Below, piece by piece: positions 51,001 to 64,000 of a stretch of DNA of 64,000 nucleotides. Source of the DNA: Camelus ferus (taxonomy: Eukaryota); assembly GCF_009834535.1 (NCBI RefSeq), contig NC_045697.1, forward strand, positions 53,942,001 through 54,006,000, in the 5' to 3' direction. The position numbers and the translations under genes are program-made. The notes under the pieces are model-generated. The model made no database searches, was not told where the DNA came from, and saw only the letters and a program-made list of their open reading frames with translations. Every line of letters begins with the position of its first letter. Position 1 is the stretch's first letter.

Positions 51001-54000
51001 CAGATAAAGATAAGTTAATCAGATTACTACGCATAAGCATCCATGTATTATGAGGCATAAAAGAACTTGCTTCAGGCCAGGGGATATTTAAACAATGATA
51101 ACAATCAGCTATTACTAGCCACACTGGCCCTATACTCTTGAAAATACTTATGTTTACGGCCATCAGATGCCTCACTGCTATGATGTCGCCATGTATAGAA
51201 AAGACTACGGAATAGTTTATTGGCTGGTAAAAATGCCTGAGGTCAAGCAGCTATTTTACTAGTTATGCAATGTAACATATCTACTGTGGGTTTCCAAGAG
51301 ACTCAGGTCCACAAATACATTCCTTCCGACTCTGCTTCCGCATTGCACAGAAGGACACAGGGAAGACAGACTGCTGTATCTCAGACACAAAGAGGAGGAT
51401 AGCTCTGAATACATTTTCTTCACAACACAGTTTAGGGCAAAGGATTGTAGAAAAACATTTATAATTTCAGGAAAACAGCATGAAGAAAATAAATATTTGA
51501 ATGAAAGATAAACTTGCTCTAAGATACTTTTCTCCCTCTTAGAGATCAGTTAATTTAAAATGGATTGACTGTGCTTTTCTACCCTACAACTCTACAAATA
51601 ACTATCAGAGAAATACCTTAAATACATGAAATGCTCTGTTTGGTGAAAACTTTATTCTAATGTTTCATTCTTTCTTCTTTCCCTGTTATTCTTCAAATTT
51701 CTATTAAAAGGTAAGTAATATCATGAAATTTGATGGCACAGTTAATGCTCTTTGAATGGAGGCTATTTATAGGAAGGATGTAGTTATGATTCTCTTTTGG
51801 CTGACATCCACTCATTCTCTATTTACATATCTTTAATCTCTACTTTTCTGGTTTTCTATAAATTCTAGTTTATATTCGTTAGGGTTTTAAAAAAAAATTC
51901 ATGAAAGCTCTCTTATTTTTTGCATCTACATCTCTAGATATACATAAACCTGAGTATATAGCAACCATAGGACAATATAAAGGATTTATTTGAGTTTGGA
52001 GTCTAGATTTTGGTAGCGAAAAAAAGTCATGGGGTTCTGTTAAAATGAGTCTGACAAGTCTTGGCCCAAAGTCACTCCTAAAAGGAAACTGTCTTCCTTT
52101 GAAAGCAAGAATATAATCAATATTTTCATAATATATGAATATGAAATAGAATATAGTATGTTAAGTCAGTATTAACATATAATTAATGAGGATTTCACTT
52201 TTTAAAGGTTATATAAAAGAACCATTTAATCTCATAACCTGGAAGTTTTTACTTCATTATTGTTTCTTCTTTATTTCTGGCTAAACTGTACTTTCCAGTG
52301 AGCAGACAGAAACCTGATACTACATTGAATAACTTTAAGTAAATACACATTCTATTCTTCAGTGTTAAGTAATCTCTTGGCTAGAACAGAAAGTGTAGAT
52401 GTGATGCTCTCTTTGGTCCCAGTACTGTGTGCCGCACCATAAGGGTTTCTTGAGTTACTGTTAGAGAGTGATCCCAATTCTTGGTAGACTAATCCCACAC
52501 TTCACTATGGATCCCAACCTGTACATCTGTTCAGAGGGGCTGATGGCTAAATGGATGTGTAGTCATATTCAACAGTATTTACTGCCTTCCTTATGGTGAT
52601 TTTTAGGTCTGGTCGCACATATCCCCTTTCTCCTTCCTTCCCTCTCTCCTTCTCATGCATACTTTTGAAAGCCCATATGTGTTAAGAATAGAGTTAATGT
52701 CTGTTAAGAATTCACAGTCTAGAGGAGTTGAGATATAAATTAAAAATTCTAGTACCATACAGTAAGTATTAAGATACCATGGAGGCACAGAGGAGAAACA
52801 CCTAATCTAGTTTATGGGGATTAGGAGAGGCAATCTAAAGATTACACCTGACACAAACACACAGATATTTGCATATACATATGTCAATGCATATTTTAAA
52901 AAGATACATTATGAACTTTTCAGAAATAAGAAAGTAATGACTCAGTGTTGGCTGATATGCCTGTTTCCACTACAATGAAGAACACACACTGTCTCAGTTG
53001 GGGGTTAATATTTGTAAACGACTTGACTTTTGCAGAAGAATGGTGGCACATAATTTTAAGATATTAATGCTTTTCTAATCTCTACTGTATTTTCAGCAGC
53101 TGATTTGTAGTCAGTACCAAAGGAAAACCTTCATTCTGTGCATGGCAGAGTAGAAAGCATGTCAGATTAGTTAAAAAAAAAAAAAAGGTGTTAGTCCTAA
53201 ATAGGTGAAAAAACTATGTGCTTTTGACCAACAATGAAACCTCAATTTCTTCACTGGAAACATAAGGAGGCTGAGCAAGATGATTTTTAAATTTCTTTCT
53301 ATATTTAAACATCTGGTTTCTATTTTTAAAAATCTGGTTTACATTAACACTTTAAAATTATTATAACCTTTAACAGTGCTTAGCGTTTAAGTCCCCACTT
53401 CTAGAAAGTGCTTATATTATTCATGTTCTCCCACTCCCCGTAAAATTTGGCTTTGTCTTGCCAGTTACACAGCCCCCATCACACTAGCCGAGACCTGTCG
53501 GACTGGTTCTAGTTAGGTCATCAGTGATTTCTTTCTTCACCTCAATCCAGACCACAACGTTGCTGATAGAGCCTGGATATACACACTTGACTGCAGACTT
53601 TGGTCTCCACAGGACTGTTCCTTGCTGGGCAGCAATGTATCAGTAAGTTTCCCTTTTCTTTTCCTTCTCCTTGTCTTAAATTAGCTTGTTTAAAATGGCA
53701 TAAACCATACCAACAAATATGTAGATCTCCAATTTATTGTTTATTTAATATACAAAAATATTTATGATATTTAACCTGTAATTATGTCAAGAAATAGATT
53801 TCTCTTCTTTCTATATTAGTGTTCTCTGTCCTCATGTGTCCCACCCCAAAATGTTTTCTATGTACTTTCAGAAGAGTTCAACAACAGATAAAGGCACATT
53901 GTGTTTGACAACTGTCTTTTGTTTTGTTTCAAGAAGAACAGAATGTGTTTTTAGCTTGGGTTTTATTTGCCCCAAGTTATAGTATATTATATATACATTA

Positions 54001-56934
54001 TATTGAGAAATACTTTTATTTTTAAAGTTATATATGAGAAAAATATAAATCTGAAACCATGAAGATCAAAATTACTCTTATTTCTGTTAGTAAATATTAT
54101 AAATTTTAAAAAATTTTCTGTTTTAAAAGAATAAGAAACAATTCAAAAAGACAATATAATTAAAGTATTATAGTTGAATATTTAAAATAAATCCAATGAT
54201 GTGCCTAGTCACAAAATCAACTTCTCTAACAGGTAAGTCATATGTTTATTGCAGGAATAAATGTACTGACAAGAATGCTTTGAACTGAAATATTAGGAAC
54301 TTTCTTTTTAAGGCCATTGGCTCAAAACTTGAAAGGTGCATCAGAAATAAGTGGAGAGTTTTCATCAAACAGCATGCTCCTTCTTCTTTAGCCAAATTTC
54401 TGATAGCCCCTATCCCACTTCTCCTGTTCTAAGTAAAAATCACTATTTCAGAATGTAAATGTAAGAAGTAATTTGGGTCAGGTAAACATTATTCTTCAGA
54501 TGCTGTCATTTCCCCCAAACTCTTATTTGATTCTATTGTTTGAATATGAAGAAATCAACACATTAATCTGATAAAAACCCATGCAGCAGAAGGTTAAAGA
54601 AAAATTTATCAAGAATCAGTTTATAAGGAAGAGATATGGGAAGAGAATATATTTATCAAATAGATTTATTGTTGATGGGATGTCTGCTAACTACATTGAC
54701 CAGCAACCACTGACAAGAATTAAAATTAAGCAGGTCAAATTTGTAGACATTAATATCTACACATGTTTACATGGATGAAAGTAAGATGAGTAATATTCAA
54801 GTAAAACAAAATGGACAACTTCCATTTTTACTAGGAAGGATAAGCAATATTTCACAATGTGTAATCCATGGACCCCTCCCCTAGATTTATCGGGTACTTA
54901 TAAAAATAGAGAAGTCCAGTTCTCATCCAAGAAATTCTTATGAATCTCTGGTTGAGGCATGGGAATCGCAACTTTAAAAGTTACACAAAGAAATTCTTAC
55001 TCAACCTAAAGTTTGAGAAGAACTGATATAGTATAAAGCCATAAAAAAAGTAAAGGAACTTGTAAGACAGAAAGAAAGAAAAGCAGAAATGAAATAGGTC
55101 AGCTTTTAAAGAGGTAGCTCTTTGTTTTAACCAAATTGGTATAATTATATCTTAATGGTGCTCTCTCCCAGGTCACCTTTCCCTCCAAGGAAGAAGAGTA
55201 GTCATTTATGCAACATAGTGATGATTAAGGAAGAGAGGATAATTTCAGAAGGGATGGGAAACTGAAGGGAGGATACAGACATGATTTGGGTAGTTTGTGT
55301 TAGATAGGGAGGGTGGTCTTATTTGGATTAAAAATCTGTTTGTTTATAGAGAAAATCTCAGTGTAAGATTAATCTAGCAACACCTTCCTTTCTGCCCTGA
55401 GGTTAGTCATTAGATAGTGATAGTGAAGAGTCACTCTACTGACACTTAGGTGCAGAGTTGCTGTATGATGCTGCTCCATCTGTTTAACACTGCCCCTCAC
55501 TTCTCCTTCAGCTAAGATCAGTCCTGGTCCATGTAAAACTTTTAGTGAGTTCCCATTGTGTACTAAGTTCTGTGTGGAAGAAAAAGATTTGTTGAGCACC
55601 TATTATGTATTAAACATTTTGTAAAATACTGTCTCATATTTTAATTTTGGCAGTACTTTGAGATGCTGTTATTGTGATCACTCCTTTAAAACATGAAATA
55701 ACTGCAGCTCAAATTGTCTAGACTTAATAAGTGTTGGATCTAGAATCTGACCTTGGCCTTTCTGGCTCTAAAGTCTATGCTCTTTCTACTGTAATACGCT
55801 GTCTATCATGTTTGTGAGGCTAAAGAGAGACTCTTTGGAAAGTCTGCACTTCAACAGTGAAAAGGAAAACATGCACACTGCATATACACACAAGGAGAAA
55901 ATGTGCATGTCTGTGTAGGCATGCATGTCTACACGACGTACAGGCAAAGAAACAGATCAGTACAGGTTAATATCAAAGAATGCAAGTAGATGTGAAAGGA
56001 GGAAGGGTGGTGATAGAGTTTTACTTTCATTACTGGTCTATAGAAACATTTGAAGAATTCACAGGCTGCCCTTATTTAATTTTCTTAAAACTGACTCTGT
56101 TCTTAACAAGGTAAGAATATGACTTAACTTTTCTGCACTGTCTCAAAGGTGATCAGTAAGTGAGAGCATAGCACTTCAATTACATTGTCACCATTTTCTA
56201 AACGAGATTGCACCATATGCTACTGTGTGAAAATCAAGTTCACCTTAGTGCAGCATTTCCTGGAAGGAATTCATCAGTCTGTAGCGACTATCACTGTCTG
56301 GTGGACCTTTGCTATCCTTCATCCTTGTCTGCTTTCCTCGAAAAATGTCACTGCCTCAATACCGCAAGGGAATAAATAGAAACATTCAAGGAAAACAATC
56401 AACATCAGGTGCTTACTTGTCAGCACTGAGATTTGAGTCTGCCTGATGCTTTTGTGCTTGAGGGCGGATGTTTTTGTGCTTCATGGCTTTGTCAGGATTA
56501 GGATTTAGAAGTACCCCACTAAGAACATCTCAAAGCATACCGCTTTGGACACAGTCTCATTGAAAATGGTGGATGAAAATTATGAAGGACAGACTCATTG
56601 TTTCAAGCATAAATTAGTAGGTTTGAAATGAGTGGATTAGAGACTAGGAAAGTTTTAAGAAGTTGAGAAAGACAAAAATGGGCTACAGAGATAGCAGATC
56701 ATGCCAGAACCTGCAAGCCCAATCTCCCGTGTATGCACGTGGCCTGCGTGGTTGAGCAATTTCTGAGATTTTTAGAAGAGTAGTTCTGAGATGATAGAAC
56801 AAAGCCTAGGGTAGTCCAAAGTATCACACAGTCATCATTAAATTTTATCTTGCAACCTTTCCTCTGAAAATATCTGATGATACCTCTTTTTGAAGCTGTA
56901 AAAGCAGATACAGAAGGATTTAGCACTCTATTTA

Positions 56935-57168
56935 TAGTATTTTTTAAATTGAAGCATAGTCAACTTACAATGTTGTGTTAGTCTCTGGTGTACAGCACAG
57001 TGATTCAGTTGTACATACATAACATATATAAATATTCTTTTTTATATTCTTTTTCATTATAGGTTATTGCAAAGCATTGAATATAGTTCCCTGTGCTATA
57101 CAGTTTATCTATTTTACATATAGTAGTTAGTATCTGCAAATCCCAACTCCCAATTTATCCCTCCCCAA
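56935..57168 (-). mobile_element. Short L1 3' end with 13-bp TSD
   Basis: Antisense match to 47230-47465; TSD 'agcactctattta' at 56922-56934 and 57169-57181. Confidence 0.9.
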
Positions 57169-57209
57169 AGCACTCTATTTAAAGTCAAGCTATGAGCCAG
57201 TGAAGAGCA

Positions 57210-57430
57210 ATATAATTGCTATCATTTGTTTCACATGTACTGTGTGTCAACTACTGTTCTAAAATATCATGCACATTTACATTTTATGGTTATATTATTA
57301 TACCCATTTTACAGATGAGGAAACTGAGGCTCAGACAAGTAACTGTGTTGCCCAGAGATGATAAATGGTACAACTGAGAATTAACCCAGGTCCACCTGAC
57401 TCTAAATCTATACTCTTAACCTCAGTGCTA
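57210..57430. mobile_element. MIR
   Basis: Core 'cccattttacagatgaggaaactgaggctcaga'. Confidence 0.85.
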
Positions 57431-58474
57431 TACTATCCCCACAATACCTTCTTTACCTACCAAGGCAGTGCTACTACTGTGCTGATTTAACTGTCTTATT
57501 GTGTTAAAATAAAAGTTACATTTACAAGGAACAATGTTATTATTCACTGAATAGTCATCTAAATAGACCTTGAGGTTGAGAGACAGGAAGCATCTCTGTC
57601 TGTGTTCTATAAGTTAAGGGACACAGCAGTCAAAGATTAGGTAATTTGCATGTGGTCACAGGAATGGGTGAGTCACTTAATACTAGAGATTGAATCCGTC
57701 CTGCCAGTTCATCTGTGTACTGAGTCCAACGTTGTTAAATATAAGAGGTAAATTAACACAGGTGTCAACCAGACACAGGAAATATTATTATTACTGTTGC
57801 TACTATTACCATTTGAATTTGTATAGAAATATATGGACATTTAAAAATTAGTTACTGCACATTAAAAGCTCGTTGGGTCACATTTACAAAAATTCAGAAA
57901 GTGTACATATAATAGGAATACATATATATTATATATACACTATATATATACACACACATACACACATAATATGTATATATTCTTTACATGTAATTCCAAC
58001 ATATATTTCTTATTTGGTACCTATTAACAACACTGAGAGGCAGGCAATTTTAATATTACCATGATTTTATAGATAGGGAAATCAAAGATTAGGAAGATCG
58101 AAGTCTCCAAATGCCTGAGTAAGTGATTGGCAGACCTGGAGTTTGAACATACATTTTTAACTCCAGTCCTGCACTTTCTAGCAGTGCTGCCTGCTGCCTC
58201 CACCACATCATGACCCTCAGAATCACAAGGGCTCCCTTGGTTAAGCAGAGATAACCTTCCTTGCTTTTCAAACAATTAGCTTAATCTTAATCTCTCAATT
58301 TTCCTAATACAGAAAATAGCAAAGAAATAAATAATACATCTAAAAGATTTCAAACCAATCTTTCAAAACTTACAACATATTCAAGTCATAATAAAGCACC
58401 TGGACATATAATACTGGATTCAGCAGTGAAGCTAAAGTTGGGCTTCATAAGTAGTGTTCTAAAATCCTTGCCCT

Positions 58475-58643
58475 AGGTGGTAGTGTATAGCTCAGTGGTA
58501 GAGTGTGTGCTTTGCATGCATGAGGTCCTGGGTTCAATCCCCAGTACCTCCACTAAAATTAACAAACAAATAAACAAGCCTAATTACCTCTCTCCTAAGA
58601 AGTGAAAAAAAAATTTTTTTTAAGATTTAAAAAATAAGTAAAT
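58475..58643 (+). mobile_element. tRNA-derived SINE (Vic-1-like)
   Basis: 'gtatagctcagtggtagagtgtgtgctttgcatgcatgaggtcctgggttcaatccccag'; TSD 'taaaatccttgccct' on both flanks. Confidence 0.93.
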
Positions 58644-61600
58644 AAAATCCTTGCCCTGAACTATATACTTCATGGTGACCACAGGCTTGACTTACAGATT
58701 TTTAGAGCTAGACAGGTCCAAAGATGAGTAGTTTTCCACATTTTCTTTACCACTTGAATCCCTTTTACACATAAGGCCTAGTACAAGCCCCTGTTGCGCG
58801 GAGCAGTGTTGTGATGGGTGGAGTGGGTCTAAGGCTTGGGAGCCTCACCTGCTCCATCTTTTCCTTATCCTCTCAGGCACATGAGGCAATCTGAAGCATT
58901 TTTCAACCTGCTTTGAAAACAAATTAATGCCTCATTATGAAGAAGGAATAAGGACAAAGCCAACATTTGATGAGCATGTACTGTGTACTTGGCATGATGT
59001 CAATTGCAATAAGTGTTATTTCACTGAACACTTAAAAGAATCGTATAGTTGGGTCTTATCATTATCCTAATTTATAGGTGGGGAAATGTAGACTGAGAGA
59101 AGGTAACTTGCTCAGAGCCACCTAGCTAATGAGAAGCAGAGCCAGGACTAAACCCAAGTTGTTTTGACGCCAAACAGGTAGATACATGGATGTGAAGTTT
59201 AGATAAGTGATCTGGGCTGCCGTTAAAGATTTGGTAGCCATCAGCATATAGATATGTATTAAAGCCATGGGCACTAGTGACTGAAAATATTTAGGTCTTT
59301 CGGATAATGCTTTTCTTGTAATTTTATGGTATTAATTTACATAGCAAATTATACCTTATCCTAATATGAATCTGAGCATATTTCACTATGTTCCTATTAA
59401 AATGCCAATGTATTTGAGTATAATTAAGGTGAATATTTCACAAATTTGTGTTCAATCCAAAAGTTAAGACTCAATATTTCCATTATATTTTGGGTCAGCA
59501 ATTGAGGCAGCAAGTTTATTAAGCAAGAAATCTCACTTTCGGAAGAATAATATAAACATTAACAGAATCCACACATTTTCCAGTTGTTCCTCATAGCTAA
59601 ATAAATTCAGATAGGGTTTTATTATATACAGAAATTTCTAGGTCCTTGTATGGCTTACAAGTGCTTGCCAAGAAAATAGCAGCCAGAGGGTCACCACATG
59701 GTCTCAGCACATCTTCCAACTGGCACATTCCAATTTTAAGAGCCATCAGTGACTTCACAAAATACAATTTTATGGGTGTAGGGATTTTAAAACTGGCTTA
59801 GGATGCAAGTAATCAAGAAACTTTATGACTTCCTCATATGAAAGTTAGATTATTTCAAATGACTTGCAGTTCCTTAATTCGACTATTCCAAATAGTCTGA
59901 CATCTAGCCATCAGGAAAATGATGCACTTGAAAAATTATGTTAAAGTTGATTATTTTTAAAAAGCCTGAATTTTAACCATGATAATGTTAAGCATTTTTA
60001 GGTTATTTGAGACATGGAACACATGCGTTGGTGGAAATTAAAGAGCAACTAGATCAATTAAAACTAGATCAATTAAAATCATTAAAATGAAAGCACATGC
60101 AGTGTCATGTAAGTTGAGGGTTAGGGGATGCTGGAACTTACGTGATGCTGAATATGCTCTCAGAGTTCTCATCTGAGAAACTTAGACTTAAATGGAAGGA
60201 CATAGTCCTTAAATGAAAATCCTAAGAGTAAGACACAGGCCACTGCTCTTCCAGTTCAGAGTTATTTCCACTCAATAATACCAACTCTCTTAAGAGGCAT
60301 CTAGACAAACTCAAGAGAAAGGTTGGATAGGAAGGCATCTAATGTTACAAGAAATTTCTGAAAGTCAGTGCTATATATCAGCAGCCTCAAGAGTGTCTCT
60401 AGGTCAGGTTTCTCAACCATTGTTCTTCTGGTATACTTCCCATGACATACTCACACTTCCCTATTAATTCTTATTTTTCTTCCACACTTTAAAGTACATA
60501 CAATTCCCTATGACTAGCTGCAGTGGCCACTCTTGTCAAACTTTCTGTGGGAAACTGTTGCTTTTAAAATTGCTTACGTAGGTCATGCTGACTTATTTCC
60601 TGAACTGGAAAGAATTTGAAGAAAATAAAGCAAACATGTTAGTGTAATTAAGGGTTAAAACAGCTCAGTTTATAAGTCTATAAACCCACACCTAATTTAC
60701 TTAATAATACCTTTAATTTTTTTGCACCCCATCTATGTGTGATTGTAAATTTCTAGAGGTCAGGCAAAGTGCCAACCTGAATCTCAGTCTGTAGTTTCCT
60801 GTGATGCACCATATCTGGCAGGGAACTTAATAAAGACCTTGATAAGAACATAGCAGAGATTAGAGACACTCCTTACCACCGAGTTGTCACTGACACATAT
60901 AATACATGTATCCAACACCGACGATGCACAACTTCCTTTTAAAGTAGGTAGGAGGAAAGATAGTATCACTTCAGTTTTGTGGGTGGTTAAATATAGGAAT
61001 CATTAAGCTATGGGTTTTGCCTAAATTAACAGTTCGTGGTAGGGTTTTCTGTCATTCCCAATATTTATTAAAAACTTACCTAAGTAATACGGTATTTTTT
61101 GTCTATGATTTCAATAATCCTTAGGTACTTTATCATGTTGAAAATGCCACATGGAGCCGTTTCAACAATTAGGGAAGTATTGTCAGATATTTTAAAAAAT
61201 TATCTTAGAGCTTGGTATGAATAATTCCACACTGCTTCTCCCACATACTGCTTTTACTGATTAGTAATTGATGTCATTTGCCAGTATTGAGGGACAAACA
61301 GAGTATTATGAAACTAATTTTTGTTTCTGTGCTAAGAATACTGTGGAGAATATAGTTCATTATATTACATAGTGTCCTTTTTATTAGAATACAAAAGAAT
61401 TGTATTGCTGCTGAACAACTGCTCAGTTTTTATCTTATGCATGCCATGGAGAATGCACCGGAGGAGGGTTTGTTTGCGTGCTTTATTTTATTTAGTTTTG
61501 TTTTTGAGTTGGCTGCTAAAAAGCTACAAATTTTATGTCCTGACTTAAGGAAATATGTAGATGCGAATTAGGATATGTAGTTTTAGTACTATTCCCACTT

Positions 61601-63365
61601 TATGTTTTCACTTAATGTTTTGCTTTCTCCTTGCATCCCTATATTTAATACCATACATAAATATAACGTAATAATATATAATTTGATAATATAAATATAA
61701 ATATCCTTATAAGCTACCTTAAACCAGTCTAGAACAAGGTGGAATCTAAATGAAAACATTTATAATAAAAATAATAAGTTTCCCACCATTTGTCTTGGTA
61801 CTATAAAATAAAATGGAAACAGTTGTCTCCTAATTAGACTACCACCTTGATATAATTGTAACTTCTCTAATAGAAGTATCCACAGTTACCACTGTTAAGG
61901 AACGCACAGGTCATTCAGTTCAAGGGCCTGGCTGACGCTGTTAGACACTTTGTAGATGTTTTTGTGTGGGAGTGGACAAGACAGAAATACATGGTTCATA
62001 ATTTTACATGAGTAATTTGTATTTCTTTTTAAAAAGGCACTGAAAACATGATCCATTCACACATATTCAAAACTTTAGTTCCACCTTGAATATTTTTATA
62101 GTCTTATTCTAGAAAGTGTAAGAAAGAGTAAAGATCTCACCAGTGCCAGCTTGTGAGTCTTCCACAAAGGAAAAAGCATCTGGAGTATTTGCGTGGCTAG
62201 GACAAGCAGGCACAGTCTATGAGCTAAAGAAATAAGCTAGTGCTGAACACATAATAAAAACTGAATAAATATTTATTAATTGATATTTTAAAATGTAAGC
62301 ATTGACTTAGCAATGTCATAAGGTACTATGCTGTTATTTCATTGTGGTATCTTTCTTTATGCTTCTGTTTGGATATTGTAGTTATATACAGATATTCAAT
62401 GACCCCAAATAATGTCTCCTGAAATTAATGACCCTTTATTTTCATTTGTCACTTTCTGTACTATGATATCACTTCACAGCAGATAGATCAAATCAGTTGG
62501 AAAATCATGTATTTTAAACATGGGTGAAATAGAAATATTAACTACAACGCTTGATCATTATATAAAGTGTTTTATGGAAATAAGGCTTTACTTAAATGGT
62601 GATTATTCTTCCCAGTGTCTGACCTATCTTTTCTTATGGGTAATATCCCAGGTTCTTTTCTAAGGCTAAGGCAGAACAGAAGTGCTTTGAGAGAGACTGA
62701 AACCCATACTGTGGTACTGACAAATGGTCCATTCAGTTTGGTTTAGTTAATTTCAGTTCCCTCTGGAAACAAATCTTGAGTGTACAGTCAGAGAATACAG
62801 AGATACAGTAAGTCTCAGACACCATCCCTAAGGAGCTCAAAATGCATATTCTAATGAGATACTCGAGGTGAACAAAACTTCCTGAGGCAGAGGGGACTTT
62901 TTGAACTGGCTCTTAAATATACTCTGATTTTTACAATTCAAGCAAAGAACAGACTAAGTTACTCCACATAGGAGGCAGCAGGAGCAAAGTCAAAGGGCTT
63001 TGGGGAAGAGCGGATTGCCAAGCAAACTGAGGCCAACTTGGGTTTCAAGTCTTCTCAGTCATTGGCTCCCTCACCTCCAGAAAGACCGCTTACTGTACTG
63101 GAGAATAATTCAGAGACTGAGGAGGCAGGAGAGAAACCTGTTATCAAGCTGCAGGACAAGTTTCAGTCAGGATTTCTAGAACAAGGTTGGTGGCAATGGG
63201 ATTGGAGATGGACTACATTAGATTTGCCCTGTGAGTGAGACTAGAAAACGAAAAGATTATTATAACTTCCTAACACAATTAGCACTGGCTTGTAAGTAGG
63301 TATTTGTTCTGGTAAACTTTCCTTTGAAGAGCGTTGAGCCTTGACTTGTAGGCTACTGCTCACAT

Positions 63366-63706
63366 CAGCTTTCAGTAAACTATGGCCCAAGGGACAAATC
63401 TGGCCCACCACCTGTTTTTATAAATTAATTGAGCTAAGACTGATTTTTATACTTTGTAAATGGTTGAAACAAATCAAAAGAAGAAAAATATTTTATGACA
63501 AGTGAAACTTATACAAAATGTCAATTTCAGTGTACACAAATTCAGTTTTTTTTGGAACACAGCCCTGCTCATTTCTGAGTGTACTATCTGCAGCTGTTTG
63601 GTGCTACACAGAGCTGAGTATGGTAGCTGCAGCATGGAATGTATGGTCCAGAAAACTGAAAATAGTTACTATCTTGACCTTCACAGAAACGTTTGCTGAC
63701 CTCCGG
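63366..63706 (+). mobile_element. hAT-Charlie MITE (MER58B-like)
   Basis: 'cagtaaactatggcccaagggacaaatctggcccaccacctgtttt...ttcacagaaacgtttgctgacctcc' matches recalled MER58 termini. Confidence 0.75.
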
Positions 63707-64000
63707 CTGAAATGGATGACAATAATGAAATAGTTGATAGTAATGGAATTACCAGCTTTATTGATATTGTGTACATGCTCATTCAGAACAGCTCAGCCAG
63801 ACTGAGCTGGGGAAACAGAACTAAACATCAGTGCTGATGTTTACATTACAGAGAATGGGCAACGAGTTGGAGATGCGCTATTAATCAGTGCATGGCAGTG
63901 GTGTCAGGTAGGCATTTGTTCCGGTAAACTTTTCTTTGAAGCACTGTGAGCCTTGACAACGGTTCTCCAGTGCTTATCAGAAGGTTTGTTTGTGTTAGTA

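Noticed and set aside
271..58643. Seven tRNA-like sequences
   Set aside because: They have A-rich tails, mostly visible TSDs and degenerate stems, so they are SINE copies rather than tRNA genes.
60047..60088. 16-bp tandem duplication 'aactagatcaattaaa'
   Set aside because: Two-copy slippage with no spacers; not a CRISPR-like or functional array.

Overview
Mammalian genomic DNA, almost certainly camelid: it carries several copies of a tRNA-derived SINE matching Vic-1, plus L1, MIR/L2, MaLR, ERV LTR and hAT relics. I find no intact protein-coding gene; nearly all of the ORF track is repeat-derived or chance. One CpG-rich promoter/first-exon candidate points leftward (minus strand, ~11.4-11.8 kb), with a CTCF-like site nearby. 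A dense nest of LTRs occupies ~18.8-27.3 kb, and a 3.3-kb 5'-truncated L1 ORF2 lies at 44.2-47.5 kb. The most notable items are three captured host sequences, all on the + strand: (1) an intron-containing, three-exon BICDL2-like fragment inside an old ERVL LTR (19.07-19.66 kb); (2) a 3' retrocopy of a divergent HENMT1-like (piRNA 2'-O-methyltransferase) mRNA with an open 97-codon frame, inserted inside an L1 (48.8-49.26 kb); (3) a U6 snRNA/L1 3'-end chimera (29.2-29.3 kb). A 50-bp module with FOX, TCF/LEF and NR5A-like motifs is duplicated at the right end. Gene and repeat-family names come from my recollection of reference sequences and need BLAST/Dfam confirmation.
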